DNA of 64,000 bases from Desulfatiglandales bacterium (GCA_963667015.2 CAXXJJ010000004.1:960001-1024000), one strand, 5' to 3'. Shown: positions 30,601 to 40,224, numbered from the stretch's first letter. Program-made: numbers and translations. Notes: generated by a model from the letters alone, not told the origin.

Positions 30601-32001
30601 TTCGGCAACAAATGGATAGAGCTTTTCAAGAACCCTTGTTCCGTCCACTGTGTACGGCTTTTTTTTAACAAGTTTATCAATGTATTTTTCTATATCTTTA
30701 AATTCACCTGCATTTAATCTTTTAATAATATCATTACCGATAACCCATACCGGTTTTTTACTGATTTTAAAATATCCCGGATTATCTGGATAATCAGCAT
30801 ACTTAAGCTTTAATTTCATTCCTGTTCCACAGGAAGTGATAATAATTGCTACCAGCAATGAGAGAATAAGCAATGATGGTTTATATATTGTGCTAAGATC
30901 TCTATCTGTTCTTAACAGGTCAAGCACCCGATGTTCAAGCGAGCGTCTTGATAAAGACATACCTGCAGTGGCCGGCATGTGAGACAATAAATGTGTTTTC
31001 TCGGCAAGACGAAGCAGAGTCTTTGCGTATTTTTTGGGGCTTTTTAAAACATTTATTGCGTAGTTATCGCAAACATCCTCCCTGGATTCGGAATATGCTG
31101 AGTTCAGGTAATAAACAAGCGGGTTCCACCAGAAAATCGAGGACAGAACATGCTGCAAAAACCCGATAAAATTATCACGATGAAAAATATGTGCAAGTTC
31201 GTGCAATAAAATGCTTTTCAACTCATCATCTGACATATTTTCCATCTCTACAGGTAATATCATTACCGGTCGGACAATCCCAATTGTTACCGGTGATGAG
31301 AGAGAAGATGAGAAGTAGATATCCGGTATGGGCTTATCTTTAAATACGTGTTTGATAGAGTTGTAGATATTTTTAAGCCTTTCAATATCACCGGTGTTAA
31401 GATTGTGCATATAACCCTTTAAGAAAGAAAGTTTATAACCCAGGCGAAGAATAAATATAATAAACCCTGCTATCCATATCCCTCCGAATATATTTGCCGA
31501 TAAGATAATCCGATCGCGCGTGAGAAAAGGAGAATTATTTTTATCAGAGGTCCTCAGATTTTCCTGCTGCTCATCCACAGAGGCTGCCTCACGCTTTTGA
31601 TTGGCTGTATCAAAAACAGGAGCCATATCGAAGGCCTCATTTTTCTCAAAGGTATCCTGCCTGATTTCAGGCTTCTCATTATCAATTATTATCTTCTCTT
31701 CCAGAATTTTTTGCCGCTCCTGGAAATTGTCAGGTGATGACTGCCGGGTATATGATTGAGGGAGTTCTATAGTTGGCTGAAACCACGTGATCCGGTTGAG
31801 GTTAAACATGGTAGAAATGACAGGAAGAAGAGCAAGAGATACCAGTATTGTAAGATAACCCGCACTGCGGGCAGGCGCAGATCTGGGGCTCCATAATTTC
31901 ATTATTATCCAGCCGGCCAGTGAGACCGCAATTATCTGTATTGAAAGATTAAAAATAAACTCTGCTGTTTTGGTATTTGTAAACAGAGAATATAAATCCA
32001 T
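27604..32001 (-). CDS. BlaR1/MecR1-type M56 peptidase signal transducer with a large modular extracytoplasmic part (DUF4034-like, TPR, PsbP-like, two DUF3471-like repeats)
   Basis: HELAH, FWWNPLVY, REDVCD; lies downstream of a BlaI-family gene. Confidence 0.88.
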   Translation of the reverse strand: MDLYSLFTNTKTAEFIFNLSIQIIAVSLAGWIIMKLWSPRSAPARSAGYLTILVSLALLPVISTMFNLNRITWFQPTIELPQSYTRQSSPDNFQERQKILEEKIIIDNEKPEIRQDTFEKNEAFDMAPVFDTANQKREAASVDEQQENLRTSDKNNSPFLTRDRIILSANIFGGIWIAGFIIFILRLGYKLSFLKGYMHNLNTGDIERLKNIYNSIKHVFKDKPIPDIYFSSSLSSPVTIGIVRPVMILPVEMENMSDDELKSILLHELAHIFHRDNFIGFLQHVLSSIFWWNPLVYYLNSAYSESREDVCDNYAINVLKSPKKYAKTLLRLAEKTHLLSHMPATAGMSLSRRSLEHRVLDLLRTDRDLSTIYKPSLLILSLLVAIIITSCGTGMKLKLKYADYPDNPGYFKISKKPVWVIGNDIIKRLNAGEFKDIEKYIDKLVKKKPYTVDGTRVLEKLYPFVAERLESPDMLDKWCAEEDSHQASFIFRGNFYISEAWKHRGHGLGYTVTDEGRRKFRENLELAKNDLEKAYSINPEDPNCSVHMITVCLGLGLGEEEMDIWFKRAVAVDPIAYSAYARKQNFIRPKWYGTKEKDKAFAEHCYENAPQKSIIHEIMLDYIIENYRGAENKSDYFSDPLITKRIEDVVQRTLKIFTDSTSIRSKLAEIERLKGNYGQAIELYSEILTIEPGNPDALSKRGKLYAEKLRKSDLAEADFKMSIESDPYGPANYEELASIARMNGDYRKAIEYLTMAIIKKPKNPQLYIDRGAIKRTPLREYASALEDFKQSIELDRNHVTGNFYMALCYESMQQFEEAKKYCMKTLSLIEARSPGKDRSLPPAFANDIKNKLIAMQRRLEQGSSPRQTTQGTFYPKEINYTIDPSPGEGWEKISAEPFNDMAFNLPSKLTTIYVGRIPVPDGNGLHPAEIFRGWIDGMQKKYDYKNFKIESSGTTTIDGRKSYYAVYEYNFRDIIKREKDYIIQGNSVFYRIRYNSHINTYNENLQTFERYVTSFKITANQIPMRNMNNLPIENRKIIHVLPGEILSQYTGTYKLNPDTNIIISLLNNRLISQLTGQGVVALLNESNMKFVNNKSNTEVEFFKDESGNITHLILTQDGVEKKAVRTSDKVTDGNTVTLTADTLSQYVGTYKMNPDLNLMITMENNQLFAQFPGLMLKALLPESEKLFFDNIIDTRLEFIKDVSGKVSHLLFIQNNVAITAPRINGKKVSITEESQKEIGEDLGSMTGRSTDGGLKGGTLKVVVDLPHFSGLNAGSNAVDINNVNRAVSDLLVLDNAGKKSITLHMNGKDTFFEGGTVLTVYCNVWKGEQSNEDYKYNGRKTVTIDGNTTITFKEESIPNNYGLTEDTAIKTGGGPKGERDYLDLLCGPNGEKIKYKRLGSCCAFETPNSPFAALDIYEVTYEGLSEPIKVYLNMYDPPTGKFHAPVGLKLKIKYNSGSVGLTQHH

Positions 32002-32004
32002 TGC

Positions 32005-32391
32005 TTATTTCCCTTCGTAGTCATCTAAAATCTTTCTGATTCTTTTTATCTCATCACTGGTAACATCCGATCCCTGAAACAATGCCTTAACAAGATTGGC
32101 ATATGATCCATCAAATATTCTTTTTTTGATATCACTGGTAATCTCTCTTGATACCTCTTCACGTCCCCGGGTTGATTCATAAAGATAGTTTCGGCCGTCT
32201 TCATGGTGGACAAGCCAGCCTTTTTCTTCAAGACGTTTCATCTGGACCTGAATAGTGGTTCGTTTTAAATCACGATTGTGCAGAGAATTGACTGCATCAA
32301 GCACTTCATTAATAGTCACCTTACCCCGCTCCCACACTATTTTCATTATTTCAAATTCAGGATCTGTCAGCTTTGATAATTTATCGGGCAT
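32005..32391 (-). CDS. BlaI/MecI/CopY family repressor
   Basis: EFEIMKIVW, TTIQVQMKRLEEKG, GRNYLY, FDGS. Confidence 0.92.
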   Translation of the reverse strand: MPDKLSKLTDPEFEIMKIVWERGKVTINEVLDAVNSLHNRDLKRTTIQVQMKRLEEKGWLVHHEDGRNYLYESTRGREEVSREITSDIKKRIFDGSYANLVKALFQGSDVTSDEIKRIRKILDDYEGK

Positions 32392-32466
32392 GGGTAGGTA
32401 TCCTTTCGTTAAGATGACTAACTGTGAGACGATTTTTGGTGTAGAGCTCTGCTTGATTAATACAGA

Positions 32467-32511
32467 AACGACATGTGTCGTTACACTACAACGACACATG
32501 TCGTCTGTCAA
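32467..32511 (-). promoter_or_regulatory. Sigma70 promoter with two BlaI-type operator palindromes
   Basis: TTGACA-17-TAGTGT on the minus strand; palindromes AACGACATGTGTCGTT (32467-32482) and ACGACACATGTCGT (32491-32504). Confidence 0.85.
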
Positions 32512-32655
32512 TATTTTTTTTACATTTTTCGAAGTATAATTAAAGAAAAGAAAATCTAACTGGCTCAGGCCTTCAATATTTACAGATAAGAATAACTTTT
32601 CAATAATGAAGGTCTGAGTCTGATTACTGCATTAACATTTGATAATAAAAATAAA

Positions 32656-33369
32656 CTAATTCAGTTTTAAAAGCGCCATTACCAGACCTATCAGTCCTCC
32701 GAAGACGCCACCCCAGACAACCAGCCATCCCAGGTGTTTTCGGATCATATCCTGAATAATCTTCTTGACCATTTGCGGTGTAAGTTCATCAAGCCTTGAC
32801 TGAACAATGGATTCCACCTGTTTTTCAATATTTTCGGTTAATGAACCGCTTTCAAGAGATTCAGATACAGCCTGTTTAAAAGCCGGTTTTTTTACCTCCT
32901 CCCGAACAAAGTCCTGTATCTTGTTAATAAACGGTTCTCTGTACACTTCCAGGGCTGCCTGGCCACCGATCATGTTTAACATTCCACCGATTTTTGAAGC
33001 CATAATTATTTGAACCAGGCTGTCGAAAACCGAATTATAATCCACTGCATCGATGGCTTTGCTTATGTTTATTTCCGGTAGTGATGATGAATTAGATAAA
33101 AACCGGTCCAGGTTTTGTTTTGTAAAAAATTCAGTCATCATCAGGTTTCTGATACCCGATTTAAATTCTTCAAAATGATTTGGAATGACTCCCGATCCAT
33201 ACAGGAAGGGAACCCTTTCAAACAGCATATAAATTGCGATCCAGTTCGTCAGTCCTCCGGACAGGGCAAAAAACCCGACTGAAAGGAAATACTCTTTCAC
33301 AGCCGGCACCAGATACCCGATCAGAATACATATCGCAGCCGCAAGATTGGTAACTAAACTCTTGTTCAT
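32656..33369 (-). CDS. DUF445 family membrane protein
   Basis: TNWIAIYMLF, GSGVIP, HLGWLVVWGGVFGGLIG. Confidence 0.85.
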   Translation of the reverse strand: MNKSLVTNLAAAICILIGYLVPAVKEYFLSVGFFALSGGLTNWIAIYMLFERVPFLYGSGVIPNHFEEFKSGIRNLMMTEFFTKQNLDRFLSNSSSLPEINISKAIDAVDYNSVFDSLVQIIMASKIGGMLNMIGGQAALEVYREPFINKIQDFVREEVKKPAFKQAVSESLESGSLTENIEKQVESIVQSRLDELTPQMVKKIIQDMIRKHLGWLVVWGGVFGGLIGLVMALLKLN

Positions 33370-33596
33370 ATAAGACCTCAAATAAATAGTTAGTGTCCAT
33401 CCAAAAACTATCGTTTTTGTTTTTTCTGGATGGGAAATAGTTAAAAAACGCCTGTATAGCAGTTTTTAGGAAGAATGTGAATAGAGGAGATTAGTGAAAA
33501 AGAAGGCTGTAGCAATTTAGTCTGCAGGCTGTCTGGGAAACAAAAAAGAGGAATTGGGAAAGAGAAATATACGAACTGTCAGGAGCCTATATTGTT

Positions 33597-33941
33597 GTCG
33601 GGATTTATTCCCAATGTTGTTGATTTAAGCTTTAGTTTTTAACCGCATCGCGGTGATATGTTAATAGCCACGAGAGTATGAAAATAAATAGCCCCGGAGG
33701 GTTGACACAATCGGCATGTGTCGCACCTACTGAGCTTATAATATTTATGTAACTGAGTATCTATTAACATATCGCATCCAGAGATGCTTTTGGTAAGACA
33801 ATTCTCTCAATTCAACAGTATTGGGATATATTCCCGACCTGTTGTTGTTTTATTTTTTTGTAGAAACAGGTTTCAAACCTGTCTCAAGGTGGGATGTAAT
33901 CCGTCTTCGCATAAAGCTACGCCGCGACAAGAATCCCACCC
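33597..33941. repeat. Cluster of nested REP-like palindromes
   Basis: Inverted pair GTCGGGATTTATTCCCAA / TTGGGATATATTCCCGAC, nested GATATGTTAATAG / CTATTAACATATC, GTAGAAACAGGTTTCAAACCTGTCTC, GTGGGAT...ATCCCAC. Confidence 0.6.
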
Positions 33942-33982
33942 TGCGAAAAGCTATATGCTATCAGGCTTACAGGCTCGCTATG

Positions 33983-35197
33983 TTATTCAGGAAGATCTTC
34001 GGGGTCGACATTTTCCACATGAAGATCGCCGTAAATCACACGATAGGTCTCGGATCCTTCAGGCCTGTACCAGAAGATAGGCGTTTCAGTTTCACCCAGC
34101 CGCACACCCTTGCCTTGATAGGTCCATTTACCTTCTCCGGGAAAAAAGGTAGTGAATCCTATAAATTTTATTAATTCCAGGCTAATGGCCTGCGCTTCCT
34201 CTTTTGACATTGCGTTAAACTGGCTGTTTATGGGGCCGCTGGTCATCCACCTGTATAAAGATTCATAGGAAATATCGTCGGGGAAACGGCCGTAATTTAA
34301 TTTTTCCGCTATCAGCCTCAGGCCTTCGATAAAATTGCCCTCGGTCGGCTGGAGGTCCGCAGTAATGGGTTTCTGCACCGTGTATCCTGCAGGCACTTCC
34401 ATGCTGAACATTTCTTCTTCCATGGGTATGTCAAACTTCATGTTTTTACAGGTTACATGCATTGTTCCAACATTATGTTCTATGCGCACTGGTAACCCGG
34501 TATCGACATCGGCCCAGATAGTGATGTCCAGCTTTGGGTGGCTGGCAAAAAATCCGACCACCTCGTGACCATCGAGCTGTTTGCGACCAAGTTTTTCGAT
34601 AGTGAAATCCGGCATGTCCTTTAATCTAATGATAGTGTTTTTCAATTCCTCCAGATAATTCTGACCAGAAGCAATCCCCTTTGGGAAATTCCGATTGGAA
34701 GGCATTCCCTTGGGTTCCCTGTACCCGTATCGGGCTTCCATATTTGCTTCATTCAGAAAAAGCACCCGTCGGTTTTTCAGATCAATTATGGTCACTGCTC
34801 TGCTGCCGGCAACCCTTCTGCGAATGCGGGAACCCATCACCAGATCGTGAACTACCGGTTTTCTGCCATCATCAGGACCGAATATAATGTCGTAGGCGGC
34901 AGTTTGAGCCTTTAGAATAGGTTCAATCACCTGGGCGAATGTCAGTTTGGGCCCAACCGGATTTCCAATAAATTGAAAAACAATAAGTGCCACGATAACA
35001 GTCATTGACGCTGTAACAAATGCAGTTTTTTTGGTTTTCATGAGTGTTCTCCATAAAACCCCGCCAGGCGCAGTCCTTTCCTGCTGCCGCTTTGCCAACT
35101 CATTCCGGGCATCGTTCAGGATACGGTCATCCACCCCGGGATTGGTTATTATTTCAGATTCTCTAATCAATCGAACAAGTTTTTCCGGTGTTTTCAT
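33983..35197 (-). CDS. Putative anti-sigma factor with one TM helix and a LolA-like periplasmic domain
   Basis: Overlaps the ECF sigma stop; single TM; TIWADVDTGLPVRIE, FSMEVPAGY. Confidence 0.65.
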   Translation of the reverse strand: MKTPEKLVRLIRESEIITNPGVDDRILNDARNELAKRQQERTAPGGVLWRTLMKTKKTAFVTASMTVIVALIVFQFIGNPVGPKLTFAQVIEPILKAQTAAYDIIFGPDDGRKPVVHDLVMGSRIRRRVAGSRAVTIIDLKNRRVLFLNEANMEARYGYREPKGMPSNRNFPKGIASGQNYLEELKNTIIRLKDMPDFTIEKLGRKQLDGHEVVGFFASHPKLDITIWADVDTGLPVRIEHNVGTMHVTCKNMKFDIPMEEEMFSMEVPAGYTVQKPITADLQPTEGNFIEGLRLIAEKLNYGRFPDDISYESLYRWMTSGPINSQFNAMSKEEAQAISLELIKFIGFTTFFPGEGKWTYQGKGVRLGETETPIFWYRPEGSETYRVIYGDLHVENVDPEDLPE

Positions 35198-35736
35198 CGG
35201 GCACCCCCATCATTCAAAAGTGACCTGAGTTTTTCGATTCCATACCGGTAACGGCTTTTGGCCGTATTGGTTGAAATCTGCCGCGCACTGGCAATTTCCC
35301 GAAATGTCATGGAAGCATGCAGATGCATCATAACCACCTCACGCTGATCAAAAGGCAATTGCGCCAGGGCATTGCTTAACCGTTCCATCTGTTCATTGCA
35401 TATTACTGACTCAAGCGGCCCTTCAGCACAGCCGGCAAATTCCTTTTCAGAATCAGGCCCGGGGTTTGATCGCAGACTTTCGGCCCTGTTCCGGTTCCGG
35501 GCACTGTTGGCCACGCAGGTCATCAGGTAGCTCTTAAGGCTGCCTGTAAGCTTAAAATCATCCAGTTTCCTGACAAAGGTCACAAATACATCGTGCACCA
35601 CATCTTCCGAAGCTATCCGGTCATTAAGCAGGGACATCGCCAGCAATAACAGATTTCTTTTATATTTTTCGTATATCCGCGTAAGCGCTTCCTGGCTCCC
35701 GCGCCTGCATCGATATACCAGCAGTTTATCTTCCAT
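35194..35736 (-). CDS. ECF sigma-70 factor
   Basis: SEDVVHDVF, LPFDQREVV, TFREIA, TAKSRYRY. Confidence 0.92.
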   Translation of the reverse strand: MEDKLLVYRCRRGSQEALTRIYEKYKRNLLLLAMSLLNDRIASEDVVHDVFVTFVRKLDDFKLTGSLKSYLMTCVANSARNRNRAESLRSNPGPDSEKEFAGCAEGPLESVICNEQMERLSNALAQLPFDQREVVMMHLHASMTFREIASARQISTNTAKSRYRYGIEKLRSLLNDGGAR

Positions 35737-35992
35737 AGGTCCGGTCCTGTGTGTGCGCTAAAAAACGTTTCTGGTAATATAACAACTCAGGAGTGTTTTT
35801 GGGTCTAAATAAAATTAAAAATTTCTATTTTCAGGTCTGAATGTAGGAGAGCCTTGATTTGTATGTCAAGAAAAACATATTTTATGCTTTAAGTGGATAA
35901 TATAATCGGTAAATTTTCATTTCACTACTTTTATAATTGAACCATTTCCATCTTTATAAGGACTATATAGCTAAAAAGGACAATTATCTACT

Positions 35993-36529
35993 ATGGCAAG
36001 AGAAGTCAATCAGGTCTTTAACGATATGCTGGTGATGCTGGCACTGGAAGGTGACAGAGAGGCGCTTGATAAACTGGCCAGGCGCTGGTGGCCGCGCCAC
36101 TATACTCATGCCAGCAGATTGTTAGGTAATATTGATGGTGCGGCCGATGTGGTGCAGGAAGCCTGGAGCCAGATTGTCACAGGGCTCAGGAAACTTAATG
36201 ATGTATCGAGATTTCCAGCCTGGTCCTACTCCATTGTCTCCAGGCGCTGTTACGACCTGATCAGGAAGAAGCAGTCTGACAGAAAAAATGAATCAATAAA
36301 TGATGAACAAATAAGCGATGGAGAGGCAGAAGAGGTGCTGAAAATGGATATGGGAAAAGCCCTGAGGCAACTGCCAGGAGAACAGAGAGCAGCGCTTGCA
36401 CTGTTTTATATTGAGGGATTAAAGGTAAGTGAAATCGCAATTGCACTGGAAATACCTGCAGGAACAGTTAAAACCCGGCTCTTTCATGCCAGATCGAAAC
36501 TAAAAGATTTCTTCAGAGATAATGAATAA
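35993..36529 (+). CDS. ECF sigma-70 factor
   Basis: AADVVQEAW, FPAWSYSI, SEIAIALEIPAGTVKTRL. Confidence 0.92.
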   Translation: MAREVNQVFNDMLVMLALEGDREALDKLARRWWPRHYTHASRLLGNIDGAADVVQEAWSQIVTGLRKLNDVSRFPAWSYSIVSRRCYDLIRKKQSDRKNESINDEQISDGEAEEVLKMDMGKALRQLPGEQRAALALFYIEGLKVSEIAIALEIPAGTVKTRLFHARSKLKDFFRDNE

Positions 36530-36548
36530 AACACAGGAGGAAAACATC

Positions 36549-36941
36549 ATGAGTAATAAAATAACGAGTAATCTTGACAAAGCCATTTTTGAATCCCTGT
36601 CACAGGAAGAACAGGATTTTCTGGCCAGCCTTGATGAAGAACCAAAGTATACAGAGCAGGCTATGGGACTCTTAAAGGGGCGTTACAGTTTTATCAACTG
36701 GCTGACTACTATTCTTATATTTTTAACGACTATAGTCGCCGTATATGCTCTTATTCGTTTTTTTAAAGTCTCGCCTGATATATCCGGCATGCTGAAATGG
36801 GGAGGGCTTACAGCATATTGTGTGGCTGGAATATTAGTAAGTAAACTCTATCTTTTTTTTCATATGCAAACCAACAGAGTCTTGCGGGAACTAAAAAAAC
36901 TGGAACTGCAGATTGCTTCACTGAAACAGAATCAGCCCTGA
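36549..36941 (+). CDS. Two-TM protein (DUF6768-like), probable anti-sigma factor
   Basis: Follows the ECF sigma gene; NRVLRELKKLELQIA C-terminus; AGGAGG RBS. Confidence 0.6.
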   Translation: MSNKITSNLDKAIFESLSQEEQDFLASLDEEPKYTEQAMGLLKGRYSFINWLTTILIFLTTIVAVYALIRFFKVSPDISGMLKWGGLTAYCVAGILVSKLYLFFHMQTNRVLRELKKLELQIASLKQNQP

Positions 36942-37216
36942 TCGACCAATAACTGTTTCATGGTTTAGTTCGTTATATTAAACTACTTGATTTATTTTAA
37001 TAAGAGGAGTATTAAATCCACTATTAAAAATGAACTCGTTCTATAATCCTTTAATCAGAGGATAGATATGGATTTATAATATTACAGAAAACCCTGCTTT
37101 CTTTTTCGGAGAGTGGGGTTTTGTTGTCTGTGGGGCCATAATTAAAAATAGTTTTCTGCTAATATATAAAGTTTTTCCACTTTGAAAAATCAAAAATAAA
37201 TTAGAAGGAGGCAGTA

Positions 37217-38015
37217 ATGGATCTTGGTTTCAAAGGTAAGGTGGCATTGGTTACAGGCGCCGGCAGCCAGGTTGGTTTTGGAAAGGCGACGGCGTTACTG
37301 CTTGCGAAAGAAGGATGCGAGGCCGTGGCGGTATCCGATATTGTCATGGAGGATGTTGAAATGACGGCCGCTGCGATCAGGGATCTCGGTATTAAAAGTA
37401 TCGCCCTGAAAGCGGATATCACCAATCCGGCGGATGTTGATGCGATGGTGAAAAAGGGTCATGGACGAATTCGGAAAAATCGACATTCTCTGCAATGTTG
37501 CGGGGGCCATTCTCCATAAGGACAACATTCCCATTGATCAGCAGGACGAAGCAATCTGGGAAAAGCAGATGAAGCTCAATCTCTTCGGCACCATGAATAT
37601 CTGCAAGGCGGTTGTTCCCCTGATGAGAGAACGGAAATACGGGGTTATCGTCAATATCGGCTCAGGCAGCACCCATCAGCATAGAATGGGTGTCGGCGTA
37701 TATGCCATGTCCAAATATGCTATGGATCTTTTCACCAAACAGCTTGCCATGGACGAGGCCGGAGCCGGCATTAGGGTTAACTGTGTGGCTCCGGGACCGG
37801 CCCCTACCAAATTCGGCGCTGTTTTCAGAGAAGGTCTGCCCCCGCTTACTCCTGAAGAGGAAGAGGCGGGCCGGAAACGTCTGGCCAGTTTCATGCCCCT
37901 GGGTCGAATCGGAACATCGGAAGATATCGCCAACGCCACTGCTTTCCTGGCATCGGACGTAACCAGCTTTGTTACAGGCCAGGTATTCCATGTCTCGGGC
38001 GGTTCGGTAATGTAG
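37217..38015 (+). pseudogene. SDR oxidoreductase with one apparent +1 frameshift (possibly an assembly error)
   Basis: The two ORFs join as DAMVKKVMDEFGKID if one G of GGG at 37456-37458 is removed; TGAGS.VGFG and YAMSK motifs. Confidence 0.8.
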
Positions 38016-38037
38016 ACAATTTACAGGAGGAAAAAAG

Positions 38038-38514
38038 ATGAGTAATAAATATGACAAGTACATTCACCATCCACCCCACCTCCGGCTGTCCATGAAGTCA
38101 AACGGGAGTGTTGTTTTTGACGGCATGATGATCGGCCATAAGCTGCTAGGGTATAATATAACTATCGGCCATCAATTTGTCACTAAACCCTTTAAAGGCG
38201 ACAATCCCTGTCACACGCACAATTTTCAGGAATTTGTTGCATGGTATGGCGGCAATCCGGAAGATCCTGAGGATTTTGGCGGAGAAGTTGTTTTTTATTT
38301 TGGAGAAGAACTGGAGAAACACGTTTTCACCCGGCCCACTATGGTTTCTCTGCCTCCGGGACTGCCACACTGTCCGCTCGAAATCACGCGCGTTGACCGG
38401 CCTATCATCCAGGTTGAGATTATGCTCGCAGGCGAAGAAGGGACCCGGGAACCCTATTTTGAAAAAGACGCGGGTTTTGATCCGCATAAGGTAATGAATT
38501 TTGAGTTTTTATAA
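38038..38514 (+). CDS. Uncharacterised cupin-like protein
   Basis: HTHNFQE...GGNP...EVVF...PPGLPHCP. Confidence 0.7.
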   Translation: MSNKYDKYIHHPPHLRLSMKSNGSVVFDGMMIGHKLLGYNITIGHQFVTKPFKGDNPCHTHNFQEFVAWYGGNPEDPEDFGGEVVFYFGEELEKHVFTRPTMVSLPPGLPHCPLEITRVDRPIIQVEIMLAGEEGTREPYFEKDAGFDPHKVMNFEFL

Positions 38515-38526
38515 GGAGGTTTGACT

Positions 38527-38994
38527 ATGGCAGAAACAAAATACGGGAAATATTTCCTGAAAAACCCCTGGGGAATAAAACATCCCGGCACACCTGATGA
38601 TGCGCCGAAATACATAGGCCTAGGGCAGGAAAAGCAGGTAGAAGGATGGGATGAGGGCCTTACACAGGTCCTGCGCCCGATTTATTACCCTTATGAGATG
38701 ATACCAGACGGGCATCGGCATTCTGTCGCGGAAATTTTGTACTTTATCGGCGGCGACCCCATGAATTTTGAGGAGTTTGGAGCCGAGGTGGAGTTCACCA
38801 TGGGCGAAGGGGATGATGCGGAAACCCATATCATCACCAATACAACCTGGGTATATGTCCCGCCGAATCTGCTGCACTGCCCCCTGAAATTTAAAAGGGT
38901 GGATAAACCGATCATGTTCGGGCACATAATGTTTGCCCCGACCTTTGCTTCAACTGTTGTAGGGAAAAACCCGCTTGAATTTGACAAGGAATAA
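38527..38994 (+). CDS. Uncharacterised cupin-like protein
   Basis: HRHSVAE...GGDP...EVEF...PPNLLHCP. Confidence 0.7.
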   Translation: MAETKYGKYFLKNPWGIKHPGTPDDAPKYIGLGQEKQVEGWDEGLTQVLRPIYYPYEMIPDGHRHSVAEILYFIGGDPMNFEEFGAEVEFTMGEGDDAETHIITNTTWVYVPPNLLHCPLKFKRVDKPIMFGHIMFAPTFASTVVGKNPLEFDKE

Positions 38995-38997
38995 GGA

Positions 38998-39070
38998 GCT
39001 TTCAGCACTCAGCGTTCAGCTTTCAGCAAAAGGCTTTTAATAAAAAGACCTGGCTGATAGCTGAAAGCTT
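38998..39070. repeat. Heptamer (xxxCAGC) tandem/inverted repeat between convergent genes
   Basis: GCTTTCAGC ACTCAGC GTTCAGC TTTCAGC ... GCTGATAGCTGAAAGC. Confidence 0.6.
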
Positions 39071-39074
39071 AGAC

Positions 39075-40094
39075 CTAACTCCCACCGGGATATTTCTTAA
39101 TCCCTTCACCCACAGGACCTGAGGTCAAAAAGAATATCTGTTTTTTCATATTCCGGACAATCAGGGGCCCCTGCTCCACACCTGGAGGTACATAGGCGCC
39201 AAAGCGCTTGTTAATAAGGTGCTTTTCTCCGCCGATCCACAGCTCGACCTCCGCGTCAAGGTTGTAGAGATCGTCATAGTTCATGACGCTCATGGTGATG
39301 GTTGTTCCATAGGGCAGGGTATGCGGTTCCATAACGACCATCCCTGATTCCTTTGGGAAACCGGGAAGCAGGTATTTGGTGTTACAGCCAAACTCAGCGC
39401 CGGGTATAATGTTTTCGTCAACATACGCCACGTGCCTGCAGTATCTGGGATCAATTTCCGGCATGTAATCGATTTTAACCGGGCATTCTTTCTGATCTCC
39501 TCCCATCACGAAATACATCCGGTTTTCGGTTGTTGACTTTTTAGGGGAACCGGCAACAGGGGCTTCGCCGACAGAGTCATCAGCTGAGGCGTCCTCATCC
39601 TTGTCCCGGGTATACATTCCAGGACCGGATGTCCAGTGATACACAGGTCTTGGCGTTACGTATCCGCCCTTTACCCACATCGGCATATGATACATCCTGG
39701 CAGGAGCGTAACAGACCCAGCTTCCCTTCAGGTGGATTTCCTCGTCTCCCATGATCATCTTCATCTCGGTGACATCATCAAAGTTGTCAGGATCAGTGCC
39801 CCACCATGATAGCAGCTCAGGGTATTCATGGTAGTGGGGGAACATGGGTGCGTTTGGTGTGGTACGTGTATCCAGAATATCCTGGGTAACCTGACCCGCG
39901 TATGTACCCGGCCATATCCAGGCAGCCTCCCCATAATAAGCACCAGGGAGGACATCAGCGTCCAGCCACAGAATATTCTCCATGCGGAGCCGCCAGCCCT
40001 CCTTTGCCAGCATTATTTTCTCATCCGGGGTCGGACCAGGCTGAAGATGTATCTTTTCCAGTGTCGTACAGATGTATTTATCATAATTGCCCAT
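39075..40094 (-). CDS. Uncharacterised two-domain cupin-like protein
   Basis: Domain 1 HYHEYPE...GTDP...YHMP; domain 2 degenerate (EVELWIGGEKH...PPGVEQGP). Confidence 0.65.
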   Translation of the reverse strand: MGNYDKYICTTLEKIHLQPGPTPDEKIMLAKEGWRLRMENILWLDADVLPGAYYGEAAWIWPGTYAGQVTQDILDTRTTPNAPMFPHYHEYPELLSWWGTDPDNFDDVTEMKMIMGDEEIHLKGSWVCYAPARMYHMPMWVKGGYVTPRPVYHWTSGPGMYTRDKDEDASADDSVGEAPVAGSPKKSTTENRMYFVMGGDQKECPVKIDYMPEIDPRYCRHVAYVDENIIPGAEFGCNTKYLLPGFPKESGMVVMEPHTLPYGTTITMSVMNYDDLYNLDAEVELWIGGEKHLINKRFGAYVPPGVEQGPLIVRNMKKQIFFLTSGPVGEGIKKYPGGS

Positions 40095-40224
40095 ACCATC
40101 TCCTTTTATGAATATAAATCAAGTAGTTTAATATAACGAACTAAGATATTCTGTCAAAATACTTTTTAATAACCTGCCCCGCCACAAGCGACAAGATATT
40201 AGACCTTACGTTCCGCAATAAAAG

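Noticed and set aside
37030..37125. Possible purine-like riboswitch or T-box upstream of the SDR
   Set aside because: Only a terminator-like hairpin (37088-37122); aptamer consensus positions are absent
40170..40200. Degenerate palindrome CCCCGCCACAAGCGACAAGATATT
   Set aside because: Too decayed and single-copy in the window to support a repeat call
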